From positions 18,049,653 through 18,113,652 of the forward strand of contig NC_134028.1 in the NCBI RefSeq assembly GCF_964204645.1: DNA of 64,000 bases, in the 5' to 3' direction. Source of the DNA: Tubulanus polymorphus. Lineage: Eukaryota; Animalia; Nemertea. A program made the position numbers and the translations under genes. Each line of letters begins with the position of its first letter. Position 1 is the first letter of the stretch. The notes beneath the pieces are model-generated. The model saw nothing but the letters and a program-made list of their open reading frames with translations. It was not told the origin of the DNA and did not search any database. Shown in pieces: positions 61,850 through 64,000 of the stretch.

Positions 61850-63497
61850 TTTTTAGCCCACTTGGGACTTTAGTCCCAGCTGCTATTGCGTTCACTTTTC
61901 TTCCGTCGTCCGTCCGTCCGTCCGTCCGTCCGTCCGTAGACGGAATCCAGATATTTTGGGAAGTTTTGAAGACGCTTCAATGTAATGTCTTGATATTTGG
62001 GTTACACGTGTATCTACCCTAGACACATTGCAAAATCGATTGCAAAGTTGTAGTTCATGACATGTTCTATGATTGTGGTGAGTTTCAAGGTCATTGGGTT
62101 TTGCATTTGGTCACCAGGGGGCGTTGAATAGTAGAATAACTTAGCATTTCCATATTAAATTGGTAACGAGGCATATTTTGCTATCACAATCAATTAAAAA
62201 TCATAGCTGCTGACATATTCTATGATTGTGGTGAGTTTCAAGGTCATTGGTTTTTGGTTTACCTTTGTCAGCAGTATGAGGTTGGCATTGAGCCAATTCA
62301 TGTAAAATCGCGGTACGTTATTTTATGTGAGCATTTTTTCATTGCTTCTTGGGTTAAACGACGTACAATCGATGCGATTGAAGACATGACGAACCTCCGT
62401 CAATTACATGGTCAACTCTGTTTAAATTCAACGAAAAACTGTTTTTCAAGGCCTCCACATGCGCGGGACGGGAATGCTTATCATTAGACCGTTGCACACA
62501 CAAACACACGCTCATACAGACTACTATATGGTGATGCTGTAACACTGCTTGGCGCGTGCACGCTTGGTATGATAACAGGCTGAATAATCGTCTTAGCAGA
62601 AGATGAGCGCTGTGTTTTCTGTTTGATAGAATTTGTAATAAATTGTAATATCTTGTGACCTGAAAATACTAAGCAGCAAACTATAGGTATAGGTCAAGGT
62701 CTGAATATTATTGTAGTGGTAAATTCCAGGATTTAAAACGATCTACGCCCCTGTGTTTTAGCCATACATTGGAAGAGGTTTCGTTTCCCAAGACTCAATA
62801 TTCAGCCACCCTCTGACATGTGACGTCATATGAATTTTATTTGAATATTTTTTCATATTGTGAAAAATATTTTCTTGAAAATATAAAATAGTTAATTAAT
62901 AAGCCTACCTGTACCCTACGAATTTTTGGAGTAGACCATAAACAAATGTTTATCTTTGGTCTTATTCGACTACAAAATAATTCTTTAAGAAAGATAAAAT
63001 ACAATATAAACTTCTAGAACTTTGAAGTCACGAATTGAAAAGATTTTTCAAGCAATGCCCTTACTCCAAACAACCTCTAGCTTTCAAGGTAAACCACACT
63101 TTGCCCCTGGGCAATTTATTTCATATTGTGAAAAATATTTTTTTTGAAAAAATAAAATAGTTTCCCTGCTGCGCCTACCTGTACCCTACAAATTTTTGGA
63201 CGTAGACCATAAACAGATGTCTATCTTTGGTCTTATTTGACTACAAAATAATTATTTAAGAAAGAAAGAAAGATAAAATACAATATAAACTTCTAGAACT
63301 TTGAAGTCACGAATTAAAAAGATTTTTCAAGCAATGCCCTTACTCCAAACAACCTCTAGCTTTCAAGGTAAACCACACTTTGCCCATGGGCAATTTATTT
63401 CATATGGTCACCAGGGGGCGTTGCATATTGAAATTGTTAGATTGTTGAGCATTTGAAACCACTTCCCAAGTGGACATGGTGTCCCTGGGCCCTAGTT
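61850..63497 (+). mobile_element. HINE family A copy containing a nested family G element (62256-63400)
   Basis: Family A 5' and 3' ends; G is inserted in GGTTTTT^..CATATGG; the G 3' end is tandemly duplicated. Confidence 0.8.
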
Positions 63498-64000
63498 TGT
63501 TTTTGAAGAGTTTTTAGTCACAATACAAAAAGCAATACAGCTCCATTTAGATGTTCATTATCTTCTTACTTAATTAACCCTTAACTTGCCGTAGGTGACT
63601 GTAGTCAACACACTGCGGAAGTGCCATAGATGACTGTCGTCAACAGCCCCACTTATCTCGCATTTAAAATTTTGTTTTTATGTTACAAGCGTCACGGTGC
63701 GCATTGAGTCATAGTTCTTAACGCACGGCAACTGCTAATTTTCGAGAATCCAAACCCAGAAGTAATTTCTCATTGTGATATTTTGAAGAATTTTGACCTC
63801 AAAAATGCCCAGTAAATTTGATTTAGACTAAAAAATGAGCGTAATAAAGGTTTAAACAATGGATATAGTAATCTACCATGTCGTTATTAATGATTATCGA
63901 CAATATAATATGAATATGTGAGTAATCTGACTTTTTAGGGGGTCTTTTTGTGCTGGACCTCCCAAAATGACCCCACCCTGTGGACCCCCCTCTTTCAAAA

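Overview
AT-rich, intron- and repeat-rich animal genomic DNA, probably a lophotrochozoan invertebrate (inference from repeat types). The window holds the 5' parts of two divergently transcribed cadherin genes of the Cad87A/Cad74A/CDHR1/CDH23-like group. On the minus strand, 13 spliced coding exons (39852->15213, 494 codons: signal peptide, EC1-EC4 and the start of EC5) continue beyond the left edge. On the plus strand, 4 coding exons (46967->59139, 187 codons: signal peptide, EC1 and half of EC2) continue beyond the right edge. Introns are packed with deeply nested transposable elements: several families of non-autonomous Helentron-like (HINE) elements, a 31-bp satellite inside an IS3EU-type element, a Penelope-like retroelement with minimal hammerhead ribozymes, a spliced hAT transposase pseudogene enclosed by Helentron-type ends, Gypsy, DIRS and LINE remnants, tRNA-derived SINEs and several MITEs. 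Most notable: (1) a 520-bp tandem duplication places two dimer-dependent hammerheads on the sense strand of a cadherin intron; (2) Helentron-type ends enclose a hAT transposase gene; (3) HINEs inserted independently at the same register in a satellite; (4) TAGGCCTA palindromes cluster between the two genes and appear to arise by insertion. All calls come from reading the sequence by eye; family names rest on recalled motifs, not database searches.
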